Shown here: positions 1 to 9,031 of the stretch, in pieces
Position numbering within the stretch: position 1 is the stretch's first letter
How the letters are laid out: every line of letters starts with the position of its first letter
NCBI GenBank assembly: GCA_963775465.1
Contig: CAVZIW010000012.1
Span: 64,001 to 128,000, forward strand
DNA: 64,000 nucleotides
Source of the DNA: Candidatus Bathyarchaeota archaeon
Lineage (GTDB): Archaea > Thermoproteota > Bathyarchaeia > Bathyarchaeales > Bathycorpusculaceae
Reading direction: 5' to 3'
Translations under genes and position numbers: made by a program
The notes under the pieces: generated by a model
Told to the model about the DNA's origin: nothing
Database searches by the model: none
The model's input: only the letters and a program-made list of their open reading frames with translations

Positions 1-1
1 A

Positions 2-313
2 CGTACCCGTGACCCTAAAACAGGATGGTTCATTTTTCACTGGAAACTCCAACCAGATCAACTGGAAGGTTTCATCCTCAGTCAAAAGAGGCGAGTTCTA
101 GAAAAACTCAGCGTACGTTTAGACTATGAGAAAAACCATGACTTCTACTTCTGTGGAAATCAAGAGTGTAAACGGGTACCCTTCGAAGACGCAGTGGAAT
201 TGGTTTTCCACTGTTCTGGTTGCGGCGAGCCTCTTGTTCATTTTGGCAATGAAAAAATGATAGATAAACTGTCTGAAAAAGTTGAAGTACTCAGGAAGGA
301 ACTGGGTGAATAA
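2..313 (+). CDS. tfe: Transcription factor E alpha (TFE), 3' part; runs off the window start
   Basis: Manual translation of frame 2 gives RDPKTGWFIFHW...RLDYEKNHDFYFCGNQEC...FEDAVELVFHCSGCGEPL. This is the end of the TFE wHTH plus its zinc ribbon. It lies directly upstream of the TIGR00295 HD gene, the usual archaeal context. Confidence 0.9.
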   Translation, partial: RTRDPKTGWFIFHWKLQPDQLEGFILSQKRRVLEKLSVRLDYEKNHDFYFCGNQECKRVPFEDAVELVFHCSGCGEPLVHFGNEKMIDKLSEKVEVLRKELGE

Positions 314-836
314 TTGGCTTCCGTCAAGGGAGCAAGCACTACAACTTCTCCAAAAAACCAAATGTCCACCTCAGGTTATCAGTCACTGTTTGGCCGTTTC
401 TGAGTTAGCACTGGAAATAGCGAATCAACTTCGAAAGAGGGGCTTGGAGATCGACAGTCAACTTGTTGAAATAGGAGCTATTCTACATGATATTGGACGT
501 TCAGAGAGTCATGGTGTTGATCATTCTGTTGTTGGTTCACAAATAGCGAAATCTTTGAATTTGCCTGAAGCTTTGGTTAAGATAATAAAGCGGCATGTTG
601 GTGCAGGCGTAACCGAAGAAGAGGCTAAAGAAATGGGTTGGCCTGAAGATAGTTATGTTCCTCAGACTTTGGAAGAAAAAATTGTTGCTTACGCTGACAA
701 GCGTATCGACAAAGGTAAGAAAGTTGCAATCGAAATAGAAATTAAACGGCTCCAAGACAAGAATAAACCTGAAGCTGCAGAAAGAGTTAGAAACCTACAT
801 GATGAAATTACAAGACTATTAGGTAAAGAACAATGA
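306..836 (+). CDS. HD/HDIG domain protein (TIGR00295 family)
   Basis: HCLAV...LHDIGRS...H..VG...RHVGAG...PQTLEEKIVAYAD motifs; probable GTG start at 306 overlapping the tfe stop. Confidence 0.85.
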   Translation: MNNWLPSREQALQLLQKTKCPPQVISHCLAVSELALEIANQLRKRGLEIDSQLVEIGAILHDIGRSESHGVDHSVVGSQIAKSLNLPEALVKIIKRHVGAGVTEEEAKEMGWPEDSYVPQTLEEKIVAYADKRIDKGKKVAIEIEIKRLQDKNKPEAAERVRNLHDEITRLLGKEQ

Positions 837-1597
837 CAACTCTAACTCTTTTGGTAAAAACTTTTCATGGTGCACAACTAAAGCAGATAGATAACTTGCT
901 AAAGTCTGAATTTGAAGAGTTAGATGTTGAAACTAAAGTTTTAGGAAACACTGGAAATCGTTGGGTTCAAGTCGAGTTGTCTGGTGAAGATGAAGTTATA
1001 GCCACAAGTTACATTAACAAAAAAATCGGCATATGCCCCGTCAGTCTTGAAAACGCAAAAAACCAAGGTGTTCTAACAGGGTACATTTCTAAAGTTGACT
1101 CAAACAAACAGGAACTTAGAGTTGACATTGGTGTTTTTGAGCCAAGAGTTATTCAAGCAACAATACCTGCCGTGAAACTTCAAGCCCAACTTTTGCACAA
1201 CAAAATAGAGGATTTGAAGAGAATCGGGGAAGTCTTCAGCTTGGTTGAAGGTTTACCCATTGGGGTACAATTGATCAAATCAAACGCCGAAGAAGAACTT
1301 GTAGAAGCTGAATTGTCGAATGGTGAGGTTGAGAGGTTTGGCAGATGGCAGATGTCCCTGTTGGATAGACTTGTAATTTTGGGCGCTTCGAAAGAGAGTG
1401 TTGCATTGGTTCTGGAGCGGACTAAGTTGAATCGAGACGTCATTAATGTAGAGGAGTTAGGTTTGTTTGTTCACGCGCTAACTTGTAAACTTGGAACCCA
1501 AGCTGCGGGATTGATTCCTGTAATGGGCAGGTACATGCGGTATTCTGTTTTTGCTGTTTTTAATGCTAAGAGAAGCACTGAACTTTTAAGTCTATAA
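833..1597 (+). CDS. DUF2110 family protein
   Basis: GEDE..A..YI, G.I..V......L.VDIG and LDRL motifs; conserved tfe-HD-DUF2110 cluster; ATGA overlap with upstream gene. Confidence 0.7.
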   Translation: MTTLTLLVKTFHGAQLKQIDNLLKSEFEELDVETKVLGNTGNRWVQVELSGEDEVIATSYINKKIGICPVSLENAKNQGVLTGYISKVDSNKQELRVDIGVFEPRVIQATIPAVKLQAQLLHNKIEDLKRIGEVFSLVEGLPIGVQLIKSNAEEELVEAELSNGEVERFGRWQMSLLDRLVILGASKESVALVLERTKLNRDVINVEELGLFVHALTCKLGTQAAGLIPVMGRYMRYSVFAVFNAKRSTELLSL

Positions 1598-1700
1598 AGG
1601 ATAAAGCAAAGATAAAAAGAAAAATATTGCATGATAGAGCTTATGGGAGCATTAGACGGCGAAGCAACGACAACTCGCCAAAAGCGACCAATTCAATATC

Positions 1701-1883
1701 TTATAAGACGTCGTGTTCTTCCCGACAGTGAGCGTTATAGTCTTCGCGATTATCGTATACTTCTTGATCTAGTGGACACCTGTATTTCTTGTCAGTAGTC
1801 ATTTCAGGTTCTGGAACAGTAACTCGCGGCGCTGTTCTTTTAAGGTTAGATTCGTCACTTTTAGACATATATTTCACCTCCAA
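1701..1883 (-). CDS. Small C2H2-like zinc-finger protein
   Basis: YRCPLDQEVY...YNAHCREEH; GGAGGTG RBS upstream of the internal Met. Confidence 0.6.
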   Translation of the reverse strand: MEVKYMSKSDESNLKRTAPRVTVPEPEMTTDKKYRCPLDQEVYDNREDYNAHCREEHDVL

Positions 1884-1970
1884 ATCAAAATTAGCTGTTA
1901 TTGATATGATGCCGTTGAGAGCATTATTAAAAATATGTGACTGCTAGCTGCCAACAACTAAAAAACGAAG

Positions 1971-2273
1971 TTACTTTCGGCTATCATTGAATTTGATAAA
2001 ACAAACAATTACGCTCAGAACTCCGACAATTATTGCTAGAACTATCGAAGCCGCCACAAGAGGTAGATTGCTTTCAAAGGTGATTTCATCGTCAATTAAT
2101 TCTGAATCTTCTCCTCCCTGGAGATTGATTTGAGCCTGGTTTAGAACACTTGGATACTCTGGAACGGTTTGGTAATCTTGTGCTTCAAGTAATGAGAAGC
2201 AAACCCCGCTTAGAAGAACTGATGCTAATACTATTAGAGTTATTATTGAGTTTGTTTTTCTCATTTCACTCAT
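1971..2273 (-). CDS. Small secreted, membrane-anchored hypothetical protein
   Basis: N-terminal signal-like helix, C-terminal TM helix and basic tail. Confidence 0.55.
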   Translation of the reverse strand: MSEMRKTNSIITLIVLASVLLSGVCFSLLEAQDYQTVPEYPSVLNQAQINLQGGEDSELIDDEITFESNLPLVAASIVLAIIVGVLSVIVCFIKFNDSRK

Positions 2274-2432
2274 CTTTTTCGTTAGTAAAGGTAGAGTGTT
2301 ATTTGATATTTAGCACCAATCCTTCGAACAGTTTGTCTAATTTTTAGAACAAATGCTCAGAAGCCCTTAGAGGTTAGGGGAAACAGTTAAGTAAAAAAAG
2401 CAGTTTTTTTACTAGGCAATAGGTAGATTATT

Positions 2433-3698
2433 GTGAAGAAATTTTATGGATCAATAGTTTTAGCTTTGCTTTTTATCTCTTCAATTGCAACAGTTTCTAC
2501 TACGGTTAGCGCTCAAGACGCTGATTCTTGGCCCATGTTTCACCGGGACCCGGCACATACAGGTTACGTGAATGCAGATGGCCCCATCACAAATCAGACT
2601 TTGTGGACTTATGATACAAAGGGATGGGTACTTTCATCTCCAGCAATTGTGAATGGCGTCGTTTATTTTACTTCATCAGATGCAGGTTATTTCGATGTCT
2701 CGAACAATAACATCATCGCGGTAAATGCAGCTGACGGCTCAAAAATCTGGAATTATGCAGTTAACGCTAAAATTTACACTTCTCCAGCAGTTGCCGACGG
2801 CATGGTGTTTTTCGGTTCTGATGACCATACAATATACGCTTTGAATGCTACCAACGGCGCTTACATTTGGAAATGCATAACAGATGACCAGGCTGAAGGA
2901 ATTCCAACTGTCTCAAACGGGATATTGTACGCTGGTTCAAACGATGGCAAACTATATGCTTTTGACGATACCCTTGGAATGCCAATTTGGAACTATTCTA
3001 CGGGTGGTTACGTAACGTCTGGTCCAGCAGTTGCCAATGGAGTTGTCTATTTTGGATCGTATGATCACAATATCTACGCGCTTGACGCTATGACGGGTGC
3101 TTTGAAATGGAGTTATACCACTGATAGTGTGGTTGCATCTTGTCCGGTTGTGGCAGATGGCAATGTATATGTCGGCAGTTTTGATAACAACACTTACGCT
3201 TTAAACGCTGATACAGGAGCATTAGTCTGGAAAGTTTCTACGGGCTATGATCAATGTGTCCAAGCTTCCCCTGCATATGCTAATGGAATTGTTTACACTG
3301 GTGGTGCATTTGACAAAAAAGTTTATGCTCTTGACGCTAAAACAGGTTCAGAAAAATGGACCTATACTATGGATGAGGGTTTAACAACGGGTCCAGCAGT
3401 TATCGGCAACACCGTCTATGTCACCTCCACCTTAGGTAACACAACATACGCTTTAACCGCGGATACGGGCAACTTGATTTGGATCTTCCAAACTAATGGC
3501 AACATTTACAGTTCACCCGCGGTCGCTGACGGCGTGGTATACTTCGGCGATTATGACGGCATCTTCTATGCAATTGGAGGGAATAGTGGCGGAAATACCA
3601 ACGAAGGAATACCGAGCATAACTTACTACATAATCGCGGTCGTTGTATTGCTGGTGATAATCGCAGTTGCGGTTATAATCTTGAGAAGAAAGCACTAA
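2433..3698 (+). CDS. PQQ-binding-like beta-propeller surface protein (BamB-like repeats)
   Basis: Signal peptide, WPMFHRDPAHTG, eight SSPAVADG.VYFGS.D..YAL.A..G...W repeats, C-terminal TM plus RRKH. Confidence 0.9.
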   Translation: MKKFYGSIVLALLFISSIATVSTTVSAQDADSWPMFHRDPAHTGYVNADGPITNQTLWTYDTKGWVLSSPAIVNGVVYFTSSDAGYFDVSNNNIIAVNAADGSKIWNYAVNAKIYTSPAVADGMVFFGSDDHTIYALNATNGAYIWKCITDDQAEGIPTVSNGILYAGSNDGKLYAFDDTLGMPIWNYSTGGYVTSGPAVANGVVYFGSYDHNIYALDAMTGALKWSYTTDSVVASCPVVADGNVYVGSFDNNTYALNADTGALVWKVSTGYDQCVQASPAYANGIVYTGGAFDKKVYALDAKTGSEKWTYTMDEGLTTGPAVIGNTVYVTSTLGNTTYALTADTGNLIWIFQTNGNIYSSPAVADGVVYFGDYDGIFYAIGGNSGGNTNEGIPSITYYIIAVVVLLVIIAVAVIILRRKH

Positions 3699-3835
3699 AT
3701 AGTCAATAATTTTCTCTTTTTATCCTTACGTCTGGATAGGGTTATACTTGAACTATAATATCAAGAATATCGATACTTTAATGATCTTCTTTATTTTTGA
3801 CCAACTATTTAATGAATGAATTTGAAAAATTTTCC

Positions 3836-4180
3836 TTAGAGTCCCCAGCTTTGAGCGATGTTTTGATGAGGTTTGCTTTTGTTATGTTTTTCTTTTTTCT
3901 TCTCAGATCCCTTGAACCGATTGATCTTTACAGTTTTATCTTCAACTGAGACCCAGTGAGTTCTACTTAAGTTATGGCGTCGAACATATTTTGCGACAAC
4001 CCGCTGCAATTCCAACACAGACAGCTCCTCCTCTGCATCCACGACAAGCTTGTCCCTTCCTGAGTAAACATTCACAGTTAAATTTGATTGAAGAAAGCTG
4101 GACATGCGTTCTTTTTCATTCTGTAAATCGCCCAAGTCTATTTGGAGTTTGTTTTTATGTCCAAAGAGCAAGGTGCTCAC
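3836..4180 (-). CDS. Divergent ribosomal protein eL22 (L22e)-like protein
   Basis: FLQSNLTVN...KLVVDAEEELS..L....KYVRRHNL aligns by eye with eukaryotic eL22 (FLQERIKVN...KITVTSEVPFS..L....KYLKKNNL). Probable start is GTG 4180 or TTG 4171, downstream of a TATA-like box. Confidence 0.55.
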   Translation of the reverse strand: MSTLLFGHKNKLQIDLGDLQNEKERMSSFLQSNLTVNVYSGRDKLVVDAEEELSVLELQRVVAKYVRRHNLSRTHWVSVEDKTVKINRFKGSEKKKEKHNKSKPHQNIAQSWGL

Positions 4181-4467
4181 ACTATAAAGGTAAGCCTTTT
4201 CTGATATTAATAACGTTCCATAAATTAGAGTTTCGTCTTTCTCTGACTTCTTAAATTTCTTGTACTTTATCTTCTTGATCACTGATTGCTTTCTACCAGC
4301 GAAACAGCAAAGTCTTTGAGCAAAACGGGAGGATATGGAATAATAGGGAAAATGAATGAGTGTTGTATGAAAGTTATGTTAAAACCTAATAATTTGTATT
4401 TTCAATTCTTAAACGACCGCAAATCTTAAAACTTAATCAGGATTAAATTAATTCGAGAGATTATTAC

Positions 4468-4800
4468 ATGGTCTATTGCAGTAGATGTGGCACTCAAAAC
4501 CCAGACACGGAAAAGATATGCTCCAATTGTGGCGCTCCATTATACACCGTGGGTCAACAGTATCCGGGAAGCGAAAGAGAACACTATAAAAGAGTAGAAA
4601 ACGAATGCTTTGGCTTGCCCAACGGCGGCATGATAGTCGGCTTAATCTTTGGTATAATAATAATATTTGTAGGCTTATCTTTGCTTTTCGACCTTGGCAA
4701 CTTCTGGTCGTATATTTGGCCGCTTATCATAATCATTTTTGGTGTGCTTATCCTCTTAGGCGCGCTATTTGGAAGACGAAGAAGACCCCGCCGTTACTGA
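4468..4800 (+). CDS. Zinc-ribbon domain membrane protein
   Basis: YCSRCG...ICSNCGAPL followed by two TM helices. Confidence 0.8.
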   Translation: MVYCSRCGTQNPDTEKICSNCGAPLYTVGQQYPGSEREHYKRVENECFGLPNGGMIVGLIFGIIIIFVGLSLLFDLGNFWSYIWPLIIIIFGVLILLGALFGRRRRPRRY

Positions 4801-5453
4801 AAGCACATCTGGCAGTTGCGACAAGTTCGCGTGTTACTCCATTCAGAAAGCGAAATCCTAAACCATAGAAGATACAAGATTAAACCTATAACATAGAGAT
4901 CCAAAAAAAGACTTTTCCCCATTTCATCAACTGTTGCTAGAGTTGCAAATGAGCCGACAACAAAAGCCGCATTCAGAAATGCTTTGACGGATCCAGCGAC
5001 TTTAATCTGAATTAGCCCTAATGCCATCCCAATTTCTCCCAACAGTACTAGCCAAATACCTCCTGAGACCATATTCAAACCACCAAAAAAGTAGAAGATA
5101 GCTCCAAGCAGAGCGATTATAGTTCCAACAAGCAAACCGGTGCATGCCGCACAAAAACTTCTCCCTCTGACTTTTAGTCTGTTCTTTGAGAAGTTCTTGC
5201 AGTCAGGGTGATGACCTTCAATCCGCAAATGATTTAAGAAGATGCCAGCTTTGGCAGGCGGATTTGGGGCATGTTGAAACACACCTCTGCATTTACATGG
5301 ATAAAATACGGCGGCAACTCCTGAGATGCATATTGTACAGAAAAATGCGCCAATTAAGCTGCGTTGTCCTTCAAACTGAATCAGATTTAGTTTAGGCTGC
5401 ATAATCAGAAGAGGAACCATGGCAAGACCAACAAATGAGAGTACAAAAAACAA
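4794..5453 (-). CDS. Cys/His-rich membrane protein (DUF2085-like metal-binding motif)
   Basis: Multiple TM helices; GHHPDC...RSFCAACTGL; C-terminal CRNCQMC. Confidence 0.6.
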   Translation of the reverse strand: MFFVLSFVGLAMVPLLIMQPKLNLIQFEGQRSLIGAFFCTICISGVAAVFYPCKCRGVFQHAPNPPAKAGIFLNHLRIEGHHPDCKNFSKNRLKVRGRSFCAACTGLLVGTIIALLGAIFYFFGGLNMVSGGIWLVLLGEIGMALGLIQIKVAGSVKAFLNAAFVVGSFATLATVDEMGKSLFLDLYVIGLILYLLWFRISLSEWSNTRTCRNCQMCFQ

Positions 5454-5497
5454 AGAAGGGAAAAACGCCCAAAAGCGATTTTGGTTTATCTTCTCGT

Positions 5498-6922
5498 CTA
5501 TAGGGATTTCACCTTACCCATCACACCGCTTCGGAGCATGTGCCAAAAGACTTTTCGTTTTAGCACGTTTTTGGATAAGATTCCTCCGAACCGTCTGCTC
5601 CATGATCCGTAGAAGTCACGGTAGCAGCCATAGAGCTGTTCTTGAACTTCATTAACTGAAAGGGTTTCCGTCGGCATGATCGCGTGAATCATATCATAAT
5701 GGGACCAATTCTTGTCCATTATCCAGCCATTTCGGTTAGCTTCTTCGTAGATTTCTGTTCCCGGAAACGGCGTCAATATCCCAAACATAATAAAATCCGG
5801 ATCCAACTCGTTGGCATACTCTTTTAAATGCCCGATTGATTCGCGGGTGTCTTTTCGTTGACCAATTATCATCATTGCATGAGCAAAAATGCCGTTATCT
5901 TTCAAGAGTTTAACAGCTGTCTTGGCATCCTGGGGGGTAATGCCCTTCTTGAACGCATCAAGCGTTGAAGGGTTCGAGTTCTCAACCCCGAGAAGAACCC
6001 AACTAAGCCCTGAATCTTTTAGTTTTGGCAAAACATCCTTATTTCGAATAATGTCATCGCATCTAGCTTGAACAAACCAAGCTACATCTTTAGATAACTC
6101 CCGCTTGATGATCGCTTCAGCTATCTCTTTTGGTCGATTGCCGGCACCAAAGTTGTCATCTGTGAGCCAGATGAATTTGCTGCCAAATGTTTCATTGCAG
6201 TATTTTATCTCGTCTGCGATTCTTTCGGAAGATTTTACTCTCCAACATGCTTGCCAATGTCTCCATTGAGTACAAAAGGTACACTCATGAGAACAACCGC
6301 GGGAACCTTCAACTAGGGCATAGGGCGAGTTGTCAGCAGCCATGGCTGAAAAATGATATTTACTCATTAAATCCTTAACCAAATGATAACCTGGAAAAGG
6401 AAGATCATCCAAGTTTTCAATCAAAGGTCTTGGTGAATTGTTAACGACTTGCCCGTTTTTTCTAAGAGATAGACCCTTGATTTCCAAAAAAGGCTTTTTT
6501 GCAATTGAGCACTTCACTAGTTCGGTTAGAGCTTGCTCCCCTTCACCTCTAACTATCATGTCTATTTCCGGGTAAGTTTCTAAGCTTTCCTTTGCTGTGG
6601 CAGTAAAGTGTTGACCACCTGTTACAGTTAGTATGTTTGGATCTACTCGCTTAGCTGTTTCGAGAGTTTTAGCCACTGAATAGGTGTTGCAGGTTGACAA
6701 AGAGCTTGAACAAACAATATCAGGATTGGATGATGCAATGCGTTGTTCCATCTGTGCCCAATCCACCTTTTCAGCGTTACAATCCAAGACTTCAACCTGC
6801 ACATCTGCAACCTGTTTTTCCAAGTATGCGGCGAGCTGTATTATTCCATATGGTGGAGGGAGATATTCACCCATCACGAACCATATTTCTTTAGGCGGTT
6901 CAATAAATAGAACTTTAAACAT
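5498..6922 (-). CDS. Cobalamin-binding radical SAM protein (class B / BchE-like)
   Basis: N-terminal B12-binding domain (PPYGIIQLAAYL, GGQHFT, RGEGE); SRGCSHECTFC CxxxCxxC; TPFPGT. Confidence 0.9.
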   Translation of the reverse strand: MFKVLFIEPPKEIWFVMGEYLPPPYGIIQLAAYLEKQVADVQVEVLDCNAEKVDWAQMEQRIASSNPDIVCSSSLSTCNTYSVAKTLETAKRVDPNILTVTGGQHFTATAKESLETYPEIDMIVRGEGEQALTELVKCSIAKKPFLEIKGLSLRKNGQVVNNSPRPLIENLDDLPFPGYHLVKDLMSKYHFSAMAADNSPYALVEGSRGCSHECTFCTQWRHWQACWRVKSSERIADEIKYCNETFGSKFIWLTDDNFGAGNRPKEIAEAIIKRELSKDVAWFVQARCDDIIRNKDVLPKLKDSGLSWVLLGVENSNPSTLDAFKKGITPQDAKTAVKLLKDNGIFAHAMMIIGQRKDTRESIGHLKEYANELDPDFIMFGILTPFPGTEIYEEANRNGWIMDKNWSHYDMIHAIMPTETLSVNEVQEQLYGCYRDFYGSWSRRFGGILSKNVLKRKVFWHMLRSGVMGKVKSL

Positions 6923-7094
6923 ATTTGTTCTAAACTATGATGCGCTCTTTTGCCTTATTAGATTGTTGTAGGAAAACGAGTAGCTCGCATTCTCATACAT
7001 AGATGACCAATTACATCTTCTGATATACTATAATTTGGTGAGTTCAGTCGGTTAATTCGGTGACATGGCAATAATTTAAGATATTTATGTTAAT

Positions 7095-7129
7095 TCAGAT
7101 TTTTCTGATAAATCAGCAAAGTTTAAGTA
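7095..7129 (+). promoter_or_regulatory. Overlapping inverted repeats plus TATA box upstream of the AbrB/arsM operon
   Basis: TCAGA-tttt-TCTGA (7095-7108) and CTGAT-aa-ATCAG (7105-7116) just before TTTAAGTA (7122-7129). Confidence 0.4.
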
Positions 7130-7162
7130 TTAAGAGCCCCATCCAAGAATTAAGGCGATAAC

Positions 7163-7414
7163 GTGAGTAGTTGTGTTGGCGATACCTGCAAAATTGATGC
7201 AGTTATATCGATGGATGCGAAAGGGCAAATTGTTCTTCCCAAGGATTTACGTGAAAAAGCAAACTTTAAGCCAAACGATAAAATAGCAGTTGTGACTTGC
7301 GAAAAAGAAGGGGAAATCTGCTGCATAATGATGTTAAAAGCTGAAAAATTGCAGAGCGCCGTTACCGAGACACTTGGTCCATTGCTTAAAGCAGTAACAA
7401 AACAGGAGAAGTAA
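7163..7414 (+). CDS. AbrB/MazE-fold protein of the HgcAB-associated (HgcC-like) type
   Basis: CKIDAVISMDAKGQIVLPKDLREKA...DKIAVV..EKEGEICCI.MLKA..L...V...LGP pattern with conserved Cys residues. Confidence 0.7.
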   Translation: MSSCVGDTCKIDAVISMDAKGQIVLPKDLREKANFKPNDKIAVVTCEKEGEICCIMMLKAEKLQSAVTETLGPLLKAVTKQEK

Positions 7415-7417
7415 GTT

Positions 7418-8266
7418 ATGAAAGAAGATAAAGTTAAAAAACTTGTTAGAAACCGCTACGCGAAAGTTGCAAAGACCAATGGTTCTTGCTGCGCTTCAAG
7501 TATGAGCTGTTGCTCAGCATCTTCAAACGAGCAAGTTAGTAAAATGATCGGTTATAGCCAAGAAGAGATCAATGCCGTGCCGGAAGGTTCCAATCTTGGC
7601 TTGGGTTGTGGTAATCCTACTGCTTTGGCGTCTTTGAAAGAGGGTGAGAGAGTTCTTGATTTGGGTTCAGGAGCAGGGTTTGATTGTTTCTTAGCTGCTA
7701 AGAAAGTTGGCGAAAAAGGCAAAATAATAGGCGTAGATATGACACCTGAAATGCTCGACAAAGCTAGAGCTAATGCTAAAAAAGGAAAGTTTGAAAACGT
7801 TGAGTTTCGACTTGGAGAAATCGAAAATCTGCCTGCAGCTGACAACTCGGTTGATGTCATAATCTCAAACTGTGTGATCAACTTGGCACCGAATAAGAAG
7901 CGAGTTTTTGAAGAAGCTTTCAGAGTTCTTGCTCCAAAGGGGCGATTGATGGTTTCGGATATTGTTCTCTTGAATGCGTTGCCTACATCTATTCAAAATA
8001 ATGTTGAAGCCTACGCTGGATGCATATCTGGAGCCGTGCTTAAAGACAAATACCTCGAGTTAATCCGAAAAGCAGGATTTAGCGAAATTAAAGTATTAGA
8101 AGAAAAAACTTACCCGCTTGAATACATAATAAGTGAATCTACATTGAAAGAAGCTATTAAAATGGCAAAAATGACAGAAGATGAAGTTAAAAAAGCAGCC
8201 AACACCATTGTAAGCGTAAAAGTTTCAGCCATTAAAGGCGACTATCGAGAAATCGATGTAAAATAG
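7418..8266 (+). CDS. arsM: Arsenite methyltransferase
   Basis: N-terminal CC..CC, NLGLGCGNP, VLDLGSGAGFDC, VDVIISNCVINL, GCISGA. Confidence 0.92.
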   Translation: MKEDKVKKLVRNRYAKVAKTNGSCCASSMSCCSASSNEQVSKMIGYSQEEINAVPEGSNLGLGCGNPTALASLKEGERVLDLGSGAGFDCFLAAKKVGEKGKIIGVDMTPEMLDKARANAKKGKFENVEFRLGEIENLPAADNSVDVIISNCVINLAPNKKRVFEEAFRVLAPKGRLMVSDIVLLNALPTSIQNNVEAYAGCISGAVLKDKYLELIRKAGFSEIKVLEEKTYPLEYIISESTLKEAIKMAKMTEDEVKKAANTIVSVKVSAIKGDYREIDVK

Positions 8267-8277
8267 GGTTTTGACAG

Positions 8278-8880
8278 GTGTTTATAATGAGTCTTGATTG
8301 GAAAAAATGGACAAAAAACGACATTATCTTTGGAATAATTCTTCCCGTAGTAGCAGTTTTCGTGATTGTATTAATTTCAAAACTTCAGTCGATAGTCGGT
8401 GGAGAAGTTGGAATCGTTTTTGGACTAACGATGGAAATACTGGAACTTGTAGTCATAGTCGGTGTACCCTTAGCCCTTGGCTTACTATGGAATCAATGGG
8501 CAGGAGGAGCTTCAGGCTTCCTAATGGGTACATTCTACGCATTGTACTGGGCTAACAGTTTCCACGGAATCTCAGGTTCCGGCACAGTTTTGATGGCCTA
8601 TATACTTAGCCCCATGTTAATCGGCTACATGGCTGGTGCATTGAACAAGCGGTCAGACAACTTCAAAAGATTGTTAATTTCCGGCGTTGTATCTTCCGCA
8701 ATCGGAGGGATAGTACTGTTCACCATATTCCAAATGTCTACGGCAAATGTGGTAACGGGCACAGTTGGATTTGCCCTGACTGTTTTAGCACGTATAATTG
8801 CTGCCGTTCTCACAGTAGTTGTTGTTAAAGTATTCTTCTGGTATGGCATGGGTAAAAATAAAAACCCAAATATTTCTTAG
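8278..8880 (+). CDS. Membrane protein, ECF S-component-like
   Basis: About 6 TM helices with a G...G...GG..G pattern; co-oriented with arsM, 11-bp gap. Confidence 0.55.
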   Translation: MFIMSLDWKKWTKNDIIFGIILPVVAVFVIVLISKLQSIVGGEVGIVFGLTMEILELVVIVGVPLALGLLWNQWAGGASGFLMGTFYALYWANSFHGISGSGTVLMAYILSPMLIGYMAGALNKRSDNFKRLLISGVVSSAIGGIVLFTIFQMSTANVVTGTVGFALTVLARIIAAVLTVVVVKVFFWYGMGKNKNPNIS

Positions 8881-9031
8881 CCTTTTCATTTTCTGGAAAT
8901 CGTTTTTTCACATTTGCAAGTTTCAAATTCGGGGTAGAAGTCTGGATTTTTAAAATGTTGAAAAGACGCTATAGATTAGGCTTTGGCTGTTATGGCAACT
9001 AGAGTAGTTTTACTGGTTTAACGTGTTTTGC

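Noticed and set aside
5498-7414. hgcAB mercury methylation locus
   Set aside because: No HgcA cap-helix motif (NVWCAAGK) and no HgcB ferredoxin are present in the window; the B12 protein is a radical SAM enzyme
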